A DNA stretch of 64,000 bases from Actinomycetes bacterium (lineage in GTDB: Bacteria > Actinomycetota > Actinomycetes > JAHEKZ01), in assembly GCA_024644435.1 (NCBI GenBank), contig JAHEKZ010000001.1, positions 1,703 through 65,702 of the forward strand, read 5' to 3'. The notes under the pieces are model-generated. The model ran no database searches and was not told where the DNA came from. It saw only the letters and a list, made by a program, of their open reading frames with translations. The stretch's first letter is position 1. Every line of letters begins with the position of its first letter. Of this stretch, positions 26,425 to 36,205 are shown one piece after another. The translations under genes were made by a program, and so were the position numbers.

Positions 26425-27594
26425 ATGTCGTGGCCGGACGCCGTTCGGCAAGCCGGTGATCGCGGCGCCCAGATGCAGGCGCAGTCGACGCACACACTTT
26501 CTGACGCCGTCGGGCAGGTCCTGGCCGAGAGCCTGGTCTCGCTGGTCGACCTCCCACCCTTTGACACCGCCGCCATGGACGGCTGGGCGGTCCGGGGCCC
26601 GGGTCCCTGGAAGCTCGTGGGCGAGGGACGGGCTGGCGACGCCGCGTGGAGCCTGCGCGCCGGCGAGTGCGTCCAGATCAGCACCGGCGCCGTTGCGCCC
26701 GATGGATCCGCAGTGCTGCGCAGTGAGCGCGGCCACATCGAGGGCGGCACAGTCCATGCAGACAACCGCACGCCACCCGTCGGTCATGACATTCGCCATC
26801 GTGGTGAGGAAGTGCGGACGGGTGACGCCATCCTCGGCCGTGGCCAAGTACTCACACCCCCGGCCGTCGGTCTGGCGGCCGCCGCGGGCCACGACACGGT
26901 AGAGGCGGTAGCCCGACCACGCGTTGCGGTGCTCGTGCTCGGAGACGAGCTGGTCCACACCGGGGTGCCATCGGGCGGACGACTGCGCGACGCGCTCGCG
27001 CCGCAGCTGCCGGGGTGGATCGAGGCCATGGGTGCCGTGCCGGTGGAGGTCACGCACATCGGGGACGACTTGGACTCCACCGAGTGCGCGCTGATGGCGT
27101 CCCCTGCGGATATCGTCGTGACCACGGGCGGCACCGCTGGAGGCCCGGCCGACCACATCCGCGGCGCCGTGGCGGCGCTGGGCGGACGTTGGCTGGTCGA
27201 CGGCGTCTCGGTGCGGCCAGGTCATCCCATGAAGCTGGGGGTGCTGCCCGGTAATCGATCGCTGGTGGCCCTTCCCGGCAACCCGCTGGCAGCCGTCTCC
27301 GGCTTGGTGACGCTGGCGTGGCCTCTGATCAACGCGCAGTCGGGGCGCCCTGCTTCGACGGCAGTCAGCCGCCCGCTCGCGGGGCCAGTGGACTCCTCTC
27401 CCGGGGCTCATCGCCTGGTACCCGGGCAGATGGTCGACGGGACGATCAGGCTCACGACGAGACCCGGTCCGGCGATGCTGTCGGGGATGGCCGTCGCCGA
27501 TGCTCTTGCCGTCATCCCGCCCGGGCATGCCGGGGACGCCGGTACTGACGTCCAGGTGATCGCGTTGCCGTGGGGCTCAGGTCTGCTCGTCTGA
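26425..27594 (+). CDS. moeA: Molybdopterin molybdenumtransferase
   Basis: FDTAAMDGWAV…GDELV…TTGGT MoeA motifs. The start was trimmed to the ATG at 26425. Confidence 0.85.
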   Translation: MSWPDAVRQAGDRGAQMQAQSTHTLSDAVGQVLAESLVSLVDLPPFDTAAMDGWAVRGPGPWKLVGEGRAGDAAWSLRAGECVQISTGAVAPDGSAVLRSERGHIEGGTVHADNRTPPVGHDIRHRGEEVRTGDAILGRGQVLTPPAVGLAAAAGHDTVEAVARPRVAVLVLGDELVHTGVPSGGRLRDALAPQLPGWIEAMGAVPVEVTHIGDDLDSTECALMASPADIVVTTGGTAGGPADHIRGAVAALGGRWLVDGVSVRPGHPMKLGVLPGNRSLVALPGNPLAAVSGLVTLAWPLINAQSGRPASTAVSRPLAGPVDSSPGAHRLVPGQMVDGTIRLTTRPGPAMLSGMAVADALAVIPPGHAGDAGTDVQVIALPWGSGLLV

Positions 27595-28386
27595 GGTGCC
27601 GGGCGGAAGCAGCGCCCTGGCGAAGTAGCGACCGGCATGCTCAGACAGCAGGAGCGGCAGACCGAAGGTGGCCGTCAGCCAGGGTGTTGTGACGACCTTT
27701 GCAACGGGGCCGGCCGTGACCACCTGACCGCCGCGCATCAACAAGGCGTGCGTGATGTGAGGGGGGATTTCTTCGACGTGATGGGTCACCAGCACCATGG
27801 CCGGACCGTCGGCGTCGGCCGCCAGCCCCGACAGCCGTCCGAGCAGGTCCTCGCGGGATCCCAGGTCGAGCCCGGCAGCGGGTTCATCGAGAATCAACAG
27901 CTCGGGGTCGGTCATCAGAGAACGGGCGATCTGGACGCGCTTCCGCTCCCCCTCACTCAAGGTTCCGAACCTCCGGTCGGCCAGCCCGTCCACTCCCAAC
28001 ATGGCCAGCAGCTCGGCGGCTCTGGCGTTGTCCATCGAGAGGTACTGCTCGCGCCAGCGACCCGTCACGGCATATCCGGCCGACATGACCAGGTCGAGAA
28101 CACGTTCGGCGGGCGGAATCGTCTCGGCGAACGCTGAGCTGGCCAGGCCGATCCGCGGTCGCAGCTCGAACACGTCAACGGCACCGAGGCGCTCACCGAG
28201 AACGACGGCTGAGCCCGACGTCGGGTGCATCCGCGCTGCCGCAATCTGCAGCAGAGTGGTCTTGCCGGCTCCGTTGGGCCCGAGGATCACCCACCGCTCC
28301 CCCTCGTGGACCACCCAGGTGACCCGGTCGAGGATGCGGATGCCGGCACGCACAACGGTGACATCGGTCAGGTCGAGTACAGGCAC
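27577..28386 (-). CDS. ABC transporter ATP-binding protein with no adjacent permease (Rv3041c-like)
   Basis: Walker A GPNGAGKTT, signature LSEGERKRV and Walker B LLILDEP. Confidence 0.8.
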   Translation of the reverse strand: MPVLDLTDVTVVRAGIRILDRVTWVVHEGERWVILGPNGAGKTTLLQIAAARMHPTSGSAVVLGERLGAVDVFELRPRIGLASSAFAETIPPAERVLDLVMSAGYAVTGRWREQYLSMDNARAAELLAMLGVDGLADRRFGTLSEGERKRVQIARSLMTDPELLILDEPAAGLDLGSREDLLGRLSGLAADADGPAMVLVTHHVEEIPPHITHALLMRGGQVVTAGPVAKVVTTPWLTATFGLPLLLSEHAGRYFARALLPPGTSDEQT

Positions 28387-28448
28387 ATCGCCAACCTACG
28401 ACCCCTCCCCTCGCTCCACCGTGGTGGCGCGCGGCCTACCGTAGAGAG

Positions 28449-29240
28449 GTGTCTGTTGACCGGCTCGATCGTGCCGCCGCTACGGCAGCCTGGACCTCCG
28501 CTGTGCTTCGCGGTTCGGCGTCCATTGACCAGGCCCAGCATGTTCTGCACTCCCTCACTCCCCGCCTGGTCTTTGTCCCGCACGACGACGTGACGCCCCT
28601 CAGTCTCCCGTTCGCAGTGGCGCGGTGGCGCGCCATGAATGTCGCGGGCTGGCAGTACGTACCCGTGGCTCCTGGCGACCTCAACGGGCTACCCGGGCCG
28701 GCGGCCTTCTCATCCGTGGCCCTCGATATCGGCGTCGCGTTGGTTGCCCTGAGCTCCACTGGGGGCCAGGCGCCGGCCCTCGGGCTCGTCCCCGACGATC
28801 CTGACGACCCCGACGACCCCGACGACCCCGACGACAAAGCCACTTGGCGAGAGCTGCCCACCGACCGGCCCGCACGTCGTGACGAGACCACAGCGTCGGA
28901 TGCCGAACGCGCCATGCTCGAGGCGTTGAATGGCACCGTCGCCGTGGTGGACGAGCACGATCTCGCTCATTGGGGCGCCGACCTGCACGACGTGCGCGCG
29001 TCCTGGACCGAGTCGATCCCAGCCCCTCCCGGCACCAGCGGACGGAGCGAGCGGCTGATCGAGCGCAGCCGCCGGGTTCTCGAGATCGTGGCCGCGGCAA
29101 AGGCCGACGACGGCGGCAGCCGCACGCTGGGTGAGATGCAGGTCAGGCGCGGAGCGCTCAGCGAGCTCGAGAGAACCGCGCGCCGGGCGCACGCTGCTGC
29201 CTGGAACACCGGTCTCATGGCCGCCCCCGAGCGTCGATAG
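28449..29240 (+). CDS. Hypothetical protein containing a (Pro-Asp-Asp)5 repeat
   Basis: Open frame with GC-typical codon usage. No recognisable family. Confidence 0.4.
   Translation: MSVDRLDRAAATAAWTSAVLRGSASIDQAQHVLHSLTPRLVFVPHDDVTPLSLPFAVARWRAMNVAGWQYVPVAPGDLNGLPGPAAFSSVALDIGVALVALSSTGGQAPALGLVPDDPDDPDDPDDPDDKATWRELPTDRPARRDETTASDAERAMLEALNGTVAVVDEHDLAHWGADLHDVRASWTESIPAPPGTSGRSERLIERSRRVLEIVAAAKADDGGSRTLGEMQVRRGALSELERTARRAHAAAWNTGLMAAPERR
28791..28835 (+). repeat. Five tandem copies of a 9-bp unit (CCCGACGAC/CCTGACGAC), in-frame and encoding PDDPDDPDDPDDPDD
   Basis: Directly visible: cccgacgat cctgacgac cccgacgac cccgacgac cccgacgac. Confidence 0.85.
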
Positions 29241-29252
29241 CGTGAGCCAGTC

Positions 29253-30497
29253 ATGAGCGACCAGCACATCCCCACCGACGTCACCGTCTCGGGAACGGCG
29301 GTCCTACTCACCATCTCCGGCCCCGACCGTCCGGGAGTGAGCAACACCTTCTTTACCGCACTGGACGCCCTCCCCATCCTCGTGCTGGACGTCGAGCAGG
29401 TCGTCACCAGCGGTCAGCTGATCTTGGCGTCATTCGTCGTTCCCGACCCCACTCACCATGAGTCCGAGGATGATGCGGCCGCCACGCTCGACGCGATCGA
29501 GGCCACCGCGGCCGCCGTCGTGGCCGGTATCGGCCTGACCCTGAATCTCGAACGTCGGCCCGCCGCGGAAGGGGCCGCCGTACCGCGCCAGACACACGTC
29601 ACAGTCCTCGGTTCGCCGCTGCGTCCGGGAGCCATGGCAACGATCGCCCGCACGGTCGCTGAGTGCGGAGGCAACATCGAGAACATCGAACGGCTGGCGG
29701 CCTACCCCGTTACCGCGATCGAGCTGCACATTTCCGGAGCCGACCATGCCTCGCTGCGAACGCGCTTGGCCCAGGAGGCCGCTGGATCCGAGATCGACGT
29801 AGCCGTGCAGCCGGCTGGGCTCCATCGCCGGGCGAAGCGGCTGGTGCTCATGGACGTCGACTCCACGCTGATCCAGGGCGAGGTGATCGAGATGCTCGCT
29901 GCCCATGCCGGCTGCGAGGGTCGGGTTGCCGACATCACGGCCGCTGCCATGCGTGGCGAGATCGACTTCGGTGAGTCGCTGCGACGTCGCGTGCGTCTGC
30001 TCGCCGGACTCGACGTGGGAGTCCTCGAGACGGTGGCCAGGGAGGTCGTGCTCACACCTGGGGCACGCACCTTGGTGCGGACGCTGCGCCGACTCGGCTA
30101 CCAGTGCGGGATCGTCAGTGGTGGTTTCGATTTCGTGACAGACCACCTGGCGTCCGAGCTCGACCTCGACTTCGCTGTGGCGAATCGACTCGACGTTCGA
30201 GACGGACACCTCACCGGTCAGGTGGTCGAGCCGGTGGTCGACCGTGCGGCAAAGGCCCAGGCACTCCGAGACTTTGCCCGCGTGAGCGGTGTACCTCTTG
30301 CCCAGACAGTCGCTATCGGAGACGGGGCCAACGACCTCGACATGCTGCAGACCGCCGGTCTCGGCGTCGCCTTCAACGCCAAGCCTGTCGTGCAGGCGGC
30401 GGCCGACACCTCGGTGAACATGCCCTACCTCGACACGATCTTGTTCCTGTTGGGCATCAGTCGTGCCGAGGTCGAGGTCGCCGACGGCGAGGGCTAG
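29253..30497 (+). CDS. serB: Phosphoserine phosphatase (SerB2-type, two ACT domains plus a HAD domain)
   Basis: Two N-terminal ACT-like segments, then HAD motifs (LMDVDSTLIQ…, IGDGANDLDML). Confidence 0.85.
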   Translation: MSDQHIPTDVTVSGTAVLLTISGPDRPGVSNTFFTALDALPILVLDVEQVVTSGQLILASFVVPDPTHHESEDDAAATLDAIEATAAAVVAGIGLTLNLERRPAAEGAAVPRQTHVTVLGSPLRPGAMATIARTVAECGGNIENIERLAAYPVTAIELHISGADHASLRTRLAQEAAGSEIDVAVQPAGLHRRAKRLVLMDVDSTLIQGEVIEMLAAHAGCEGRVADITAAAMRGEIDFGESLRRRVRLLAGLDVGVLETVAREVVLTPGARTLVRTLRRLGYQCGIVSGGFDFVTDHLASELDLDFAVANRLDVRDGHLTGQVVEPVVDRAAKAQALRDFARVSGVPLAQTVAIGDGANDLDMLQTAGLGVAFNAKPVVQAAADTSVNMPYLDTILFLLGISRAEVEVADGEG

Positions 30498-30500
30498 CCC

Positions 30501-30971
30501 CTAGCGAGCCACCACGACCTCGTCGAGGGTCGCTGACCCGGGCTGCCAACCAGACCATGGTCGGTCAGAGCGCAGAATGGCGAAGGTCGAAGTCTTCATC
30601 GTCACCGGCACGCCGGTGAGCAGGGTCGCGAGCTGCTCGAGCCCCTCGTTGTGCGCCACCACCAGTACCGAGTCGGCCTCAGCTGACAGCCCACGCACGA
30701 GCTCCGCGAGAGAGGCGACCGAAGCCAGGTACAGCTCGGCTCGATTCTCTTCGCGAACGGCGACGACCTCGGAGCTCACTGCGTGCCAGGTCTGCTGTGC
30801 ACGCAAGGCCGTGGAGACCAGCACGAGGTCTACTGCACTGAATCGCTCGGCCAGTTCGACACCCGCGACGAGCGACTCGCGATCGCCCCGGGCGCTCAGG
30901 GGCCGGTCGTGGTCGGCGGTCTCGTCCGGATATGCCGACTTGGCGTGCCGGAGAAGAACGAGGCGCGGCAT
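30501..30971 (-). CDS. Histidine phosphatase family protein (SixA-like)
   Basis: LVLLRHAKS…RPLSARG catalytic motif; 156 aa. Confidence 0.7.
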   Translation of the reverse strand: MPRLVLLRHAKSAYPDETADHDRPLSARGDRESLVAGVELAERFSAVDLVLVSTALRAQQTWHAVSSEVVAVREENRAELYLASVASLAELVRGLSAEADSVLVVAHNEGLEQLATLLTGVPVTMKTSTFAILRSDRPWSGWQPGSATLDEVVVAR

Positions 30972-30974
30972 CGG

Positions 30975-31742
30975 TCAACCGCCGATCGCGTGCACACCAC
31001 CATCGACGTGGATGATCTCCCCGGTGGTCGACGGGAACCAGTCGGAGAGCAGGGCGACCGCCCCGCGGGCCGCCGGCACCGGGTCGTTCACATCCCATCC
31101 GATTGGCGCCCTGGCAGTCCACATGGCCTCGAACTGCTCGAAGCCGGGGATGCTCTTGGCCGCCATGGTGCGAATCGGCCCAGCCGCGATCAGGTTGACC
31201 CGCACCCCCTCGGCCCCCAGGTCGCGGGCGAGGTATCGCGAGGTCGACTCGAAGGCGGCCTTGGCCACCCCCATCCAGTCGTAGGTGGGCCACGCGACGG
31301 TGGCGTCGAACGTCAGCCCCACCACTGACGACCCTGGCGTCAGCATCGGACGACAGGCAACGGTCAGCGACTTCAGCGAGAAGGCCGAGATCTGCATCGC
31401 TACCGCGACATCGGGCCACTCAGTGGAGAGAAACTTTCCGCCGAGCGCACTCTCGGGGGCATAGCCGATCGAGTGCAGGACACCGTCCAGTCCGTCGACG
31501 TGGGCACCCACGCGAGTCGGCAGCGCAGCCAGGTCGTCATCAGATGTCACGTCGAGCTCGATCACCGGGGCTTCAGCCGGTAGTCGCTTGGCGATGCGCT
31601 CCACCAGCCGCAAGGTTCGAGCCTGCGAGCTCAGGACGACGGTGGCCCCTTGCTCCTGAGCCAAGCGCGCCACGTGGAAGGCGATGGACGCCTCCGTGAG
31701 AACCCCGGTGATCAGGACCCGCTTATTGGCCAGCAACGACAT
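30975..31742 (-). CDS. inhA: Enoyl-[acyl-carrier-protein] reductase (NADH), InhA/FabI
   Basis: Aligns by eye along its length with M. tuberculosis InhA (KRVLITGV…SIAFHVARLAQEQGA…LHSIGYAP…APIGW). It lies 62 nt downstream of fabG1, as in the mabA-inhA operon. Confidence 0.85.
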   Translation of the reverse strand: MSLLANKRVLITGVLTEASIAFHVARLAQEQGATVVLSSQARTLRLVERIAKRLPAEAPVIELDVTSDDDLAALPTRVGAHVDGLDGVLHSIGYAPESALGGKFLSTEWPDVAVAMQISAFSLKSLTVACRPMLTPGSSVVGLTFDATVAWPTYDWMGVAKAAFESTSRYLARDLGAEGVRVNLIAAGPIRTMAAKSIPGFEQFEAMWTARAPIGWDVNDPVPAARGAVALLSDWFPSTTGEIIHVDGGVHAIGG

Positions 31743-31804
31743 ACGTGCTCCTGCGTTCGTGGATGGAAGGACGTGCTCGGCCCGATCGTAGGGGTTCGGG
31801 TCGG

Positions 31805-32509
31805 TCAGTGACCCATACCCAAGCCGCCGTCGACCGGAATCACTGCCCCCGTGATGTAGCCCGCACCGTCACCGGCCAGGAAGGTGACGACCGCGGCCAC
31901 CTCGTGCGGAGCGGCATACCGGCCGAGCGGGATCTGCCCCATGATCGCCTGCCGCCGGTCTTCGGGGAGCTCTGCGGTCATGTCGGTCTCGATGAAGCCA
32001 GGAGCCACCACGTTCGCCGTGATCCCCCGCGACCCGAGCTCGCGGGCCGCCGACCGGGCGAACCCGATCAGCCCGGCCTTGGCCGCCGCGTAGTTCGTCT
32101 GCCCGGGCGATCCCATCAGCGCCACCACCGATGAGATGAAGATCAGGCGACCCCGTCGCATGCGCATCATGCCTTTGGTCGCCCGTTTGGCAACGCGGAA
32201 CGAGCCCACCAGGTTGGTCTGCATGACCGACTCAAAGTCATCGTCGGTCATGCGAAGCAGCAGGGTGTCCCTGTTGATCCCGGCGTTGGCAACCAGGACC
32301 TCGACCGGACCCTGGTGCTCCTCGACCGCTGCAAATGCCGCATCGAGAGACTCAGGGTCGGTCACATCGGCCCGCACGGCGAAGACGCCGTCCGGCGGCT
32401 CACCCGTGCGGTAGGTGATGGCAACCTGGTCGCCCAGTGCGACGAATGCCTGGGCGACAGCCCACCCGATCCCCCTGTTTCCCCCGGTCACCAGCACTGA
32501 GCGCGCCAC
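31805..32509 (-). CDS. fabG: 3-oxoacyl-[acyl-carrier-protein] reductase (MabA/FabG1-like SDR)
   Basis: TGGNRGIG cofactor motif and Y-x3-K active site (NYAAAKAG). Confidence 0.85.
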   Translation of the reverse strand: MARSVLVTGGNRGIGWAVAQAFVALGDQVAITYRTGEPPDGVFAVRADVTDPESLDAAFAAVEEHQGPVEVLVANAGINRDTLLLRMTDDDFESVMQTNLVGSFRVAKRATKGMMRMRRGRLIFISSVVALMGSPGQTNYAAAKAGLIGFARSAARELGSRGITANVVAPGFIETDMTAELPEDRRQAIMGQIPLGRYAAPHEVAAVVTFLAGDGAGYITGAVIPVDGGLGMGH

Positions 32510-32621
32510 AGTCGCTCCCCTTCTGCTCGCCGTCGATCTCTACCGAACCAGGGGGAAACGCTATCGGGCTACACCGAACCGCGTGTCGGACAGGTAGGTT
32601 CTGCAGTGGCCGCAGGGGCCA

Positions 32622-34154
32622 GTGACAGGAGGCCGCGTGACCAAGCAGGCGCCGGGAACCATTGACGACGAGTTTCTCGCTCTTCCCCTCCAGGCATTGG
32701 CGGACGCCGCGCTCCAGACCGCGCGAGAAGGAGGCGCCAGCTACGCAGCCTTCCGGATGGAGCGCATTCTGGGCACCTCCATCCGTCTGCGTGACGCCGC
32801 GGTCGAAGGAGTCAACGACACCGAGGACGTCGGCTACTCCGTCCGCGTCATCCTCGACGGAACCTGGGGCTTCGCGGCGGACGTCGACCGCAGCCCGGAG
32901 GCCGTCGTCCGCACAGCCCGGCGCGCTCTCGACGTCGCTCGAGTCAGCGCACCGGTCAATACCGAGCCGGTCGACCTCACGCCCGAACCAGCACACCAAG
33001 GCATGTGGCGGTCGGCCTACCGGATCGACCCGTGGTCAGTCCCCCACGACGACAAGATCGCGCTGCTGCAGGCCTGGAGCAGACAGCTGTTGGACGCACC
33101 AGGCGTCGACCACGTCGACACGTCGTTCCTGGCGGTCAAAGAGAACAAGTTCTACGCCGACCTTGCTGGAACCGTCACCACCCAGCAGCGCGTCCGTCTC
33201 CATCCGGAGTTCGACGCCGTCACCATCGACCCGGTCACCGGGGCTTTCGAGACCATGGGAACGGTGGCACCCCCGGTCGGGCGCGGATGGGAGTTCCTGA
33301 CCGAACCCGGCTACGACTGGGCGGGTGAGCTCGAGCAGCTGCCGGGCTGGCTGGTCGAGAAGCTGAAGGCGCCTGGCATCGAGCCGGGTCGCTACGACCT
33401 CGTGATCGATCCGAGCAACCTGTGGCTGACCATCCATGAGTCAATCGGGCATGCCACCGAGCTGGACCGCGCGCTCGGCTACGAGGCCAACTACGCCGGG
33501 ATGTCGTTCGCCACACCCGACCAGCTCGGGTCGCTGCAGTACGGCTCACCGCTCATGCACATCACCGGTGACCGCACGGTCGACCACGGGCTGTCGACGG
33601 TGGCATGGGACGACGAAGGAGTCGAGGGCCAGATGTTCGACATCGTCAAGGACGGCGTCCTGGTGGGCTATCAGCTCGATCGCCGCATCGCATCGCGCGT
33701 GGGCTACGACCGCTCGAATGGTTGCGCCTTCGCAGACTCCCCCGGACACGTCCCCATCCAGCGCATGGCCAACGTCAGCCTGCAGCCGGTTGCCGACGGA
33801 CCCTCGACCGAGCAGATGATCGAGGGCGTCGACGACGGTCTTTACATCGTCGGCGACAAGAGCTGGTCCATCGACATGCAGAGGTATAACTTCCAGTTCA
33901 CCGGACAGCGCTTCTTCCGGATTCGCGGTGGCCAGATCCAGGGCCAGGTCAAAGATGTGGCGTATCAGGCCACCACGACTGATTTCTGGGGGTCCATGGG
34001 TGTGGTCGGGGGCCCCGACACCTACGAGCTCGGTGGGGCGTTCAACTGCGGCAAGGCACAACCGGGCCAAGTCGCGCCAGTCAGTCATGGTGCTCCATCG
34101 GCTACCTTCACCCAGGTCAACGTTCTCAACACCGCAGCCGAGGGCGCCCGATGA
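32622..34154 (+). CDS. tldD: TldD-family metallopeptidase
   Basis: HESIGHATELD zinc motif. The overall TldD pattern is paired with a downstream PmbA-like gene. Confidence 0.85.
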   Translation: MTGGRVTKQAPGTIDDEFLALPLQALADAALQTAREGGASYAAFRMERILGTSIRLRDAAVEGVNDTEDVGYSVRVILDGTWGFAADVDRSPEAVVRTARRALDVARVSAPVNTEPVDLTPEPAHQGMWRSAYRIDPWSVPHDDKIALLQAWSRQLLDAPGVDHVDTSFLAVKENKFYADLAGTVTTQQRVRLHPEFDAVTIDPVTGAFETMGTVAPPVGRGWEFLTEPGYDWAGELEQLPGWLVEKLKAPGIEPGRYDLVIDPSNLWLTIHESIGHATELDRALGYEANYAGMSFATPDQLGSLQYGSPLMHITGDRTVDHGLSTVAWDDEGVEGQMFDIVKDGVLVGYQLDRRIASRVGYDRSNGCAFADSPGHVPIQRMANVSLQPVADGPSTEQMIEGVDDGLYIVGDKSWSIDMQRYNFQFTGQRFFRIRGGQIQGQVKDVAYQATTTDFWGSMGVVGGPDTYELGGAFNCGKAQPGQVAPVSHGAPSATFTQVNVLNTAAEGAR

Positions 34155-35530
34155 ACCCGCACGAGATTGTTGAGTCGGCGCTGGCGCAGTGCACGGTCGA
34201 CGACATGACGGTGATCTGCCAAGAGCACTCGCAGACCAATCTTCGGTGGGCTGCCAACACGCTGACGACCAACGGTGTGATGCGCAGTCTCGACGTGACC
34301 GTGATCGCGATCTCCGGTACCGCTGCTGGTCGAGCGGCCGGGGTGGCCAGCGCCAGCGTTGCCGATGCCGCTGACGTGACGGCGATCGTGGAACGCGCCG
34401 AGGCTGCCGCCCGCAGCAGCTCGCCATCTCCGGACGCCGCAGACCTGATCACCGGAGGAGCCGCCGATGACTTCGCCGAGCACCCGGACCAGACCTCCCC
34501 CGAGGTGTTCGCGCAGTTCGCCCCGGCGCTAGGTGACTGGTTCGGCCGCGCCGGGGGTTCCGAGATCGAGCTGTTCGGCTTCGCCGAGCACGACATCACG
34601 ACGACGTACCTTGGCAACACCGCCGGACTACGACGTCGGCATGCCCAGCCGACCGGACGCGTTGAGGTGACCGGCAAGTCGGCCGGACGGACCCGGTCCA
34701 CCTGGGTGGGACGGTCGACACGCGACTTCCAGGACATCGAGGTCGACGACCTGGATGCACAGGTGCGTACGCGCCTCGGCTGGGCCGAGCGCTCCCTGTC
34801 GCTCGATCCTGGACGCTACGAGGTGCTGCTGCCACCGACAGCGGTCGCCGACCTGATGGTCTATCTCTACTGGTCGTCGGCTGCTCGCGATGCTGCTGAC
34901 GGACGCACCGTCTTCTCGAGGGCGGGCGGCGGTACCCGGATCGGCGAGCGCCTGACCGAGAGCCCGCTGTCGTTGTTCAGCGACCCGTCCTACCCCGGTA
35001 TGCAGTGCTCTCCGTTCGCCGTCGCCCATGCCTCAGGCTCAACCGAGTCGGTCTTCGACAATGGTCTGCCGCTGGAGCGGACGAACTGGATCGACCACGG
35101 GGAGCTGTCCGCCCTCGGACAGACGCGCCACAGTGCCAGTCTGACGGGTGGCGCACTGACCCCAATGGTCGACAACTTGGCCCTGGAGGTCGAGGGGGCC
35201 GGCGCTTCGGTCGCCGAGCTCATCGAGCACACCGAACGTGGACTGCTCTTGAACACCCTCTGGTACATCAGAGAGGTCGACCCGCAGACCCTCCTGCTGA
35301 CCGGGCTGACTCGTGACGGTGTCTACCTGGTCGAAGGAGGCGAAGTGGTCGGAACCGTCAACAACTTCCGCTTCAACGAGAGCCCCGTCGACCTGCTCTC
35401 CCGGGTCATCGGCGCATCAGCCACCGAGATCTCGTTGCCCCGCGAGTGGAGCGACTTCTTCACCCGGGTCGCGATGCCCACGCTGCGGGTGGCCGACTTC
35501 AACATGTCGACGGTGAGCCAGGCGTCGTAG
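34151..35530 (+). CDS. pmbA: PmbA/TldE-family protein (TldD partner)
   Basis: TldD/PmbA fold pattern without HExxxH. The start overlaps the tldD stop (ATGA). Confidence 0.8.
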   Translation: MNPHEIVESALAQCTVDDMTVICQEHSQTNLRWAANTLTTNGVMRSLDVTVIAISGTAAGRAAGVASASVADAADVTAIVERAEAAARSSSPSPDAADLITGGAADDFAEHPDQTSPEVFAQFAPALGDWFGRAGGSEIELFGFAEHDITTTYLGNTAGLRRRHAQPTGRVEVTGKSAGRTRSTWVGRSTRDFQDIEVDDLDAQVRTRLGWAERSLSLDPGRYEVLLPPTAVADLMVYLYWSSAARDAADGRTVFSRAGGGTRIGERLTESPLSLFSDPSYPGMQCSPFAVAHASGSTESVFDNGLPLERTNWIDHGELSALGQTRHSASLTGGALTPMVDNLALEVEGAGASVAELIEHTERGLLLNTLWYIREVDPQTLLLTGLTRDGVYLVEGGEVVGTVNNFRFNESPVDLLSRVIGASATEISLPREWSDFFTRVAMPTLRVADFNMSTVSQAS

Positions 35531-35536
35531 GCCGGT

Positions 35537-35749
35537 TCAGGCGTCCTCGAGCCGGAACCCGATCTTGACGCCCACCTGCCAGTGCTTGACGTCGGCGCCG
35601 TCGATCTGACCCCGAACCTCGGTGACCTCGAACCAGTCGAGGTGACGCAGTGTCTCGGACGCACGCGAAACCCCGTTTCGAACGGCGTCCTCCATGCTCA
35701 CGGTCGATGTTCCGACGATCTCAGTCAGCCGGTAGGTGCGGTTCGCCAC
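35537..35749 (-). CDS. Dodecin (flavin-binding) family protein
   Basis: RTYRLTEIVGTS…LDWFEV…VGFRLED matches dodecin. Trimmed to 70 aa with a GTG start preceded by AAGGGAG. Confidence 0.7.
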   Translation of the reverse strand: MANRTYRLTEIVGTSTVSMEDAVRNGVSRASETLRHLDWFEVTEVRGQIDGADVKHWQVGVKIGFRLEDA

Positions 35750-35839
35750 GGCGATCTCCCTTGTGGTCACATGCGGTGCGGTCAGGCCTGATCCTGCCAC
35801 TCGGTCGGCGCACCACGTCGGACACACCGAGCGAACCGA

Positions 35840-36169
35840 TCAACCACCGCTGGGCAGCTCGCGTTGAAGTCCGGCCCGCATCGTCTCGGGCGGGTCCTCC
35901 ACAGGCTCACGGCCGCCGTTGGCAAAGACCACGGCGATGTACGGAATGACTAAGGCGCCGGCAACGAACACCCACCGGACGACGCCGGTCGTCACGACCG
36001 CGAGCAGGAAGCAGGCAATGCGGATCGTCATGGAGATCACATAGCCACGCACCCGGGCCGACTGGTCGTCAGCGACACTCTTGCGGGCCGTTGTGATGCG
36101 ATATGTCGATGACGCCTCGGCGCGGCCAGCGGTCAACCTGTGCATGTCTGCCACGGTACGCCTCACCAT
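35840..36169 (-). CDS. DUF3099-like small membrane protein
   Basis: Two TM helices (IACFLLAVVTTGVVRWVFVAGALVIPYIAVVF). Confidence 0.5.
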   Translation of the reverse strand: MVRRTVADMHRLTAGRAEASSTYRITTARKSVADDQSARVRGYVISMTIRIACFLLAVVTTGVVRWVFVAGALVIPYIAVVFANGGREPVEDPPETMRAGLQRELPSGG

Positions 36170-36205
36170 GGCCTCCGGCCATTTGGCGGCCGGCGAAGCT
36201 GCTGT

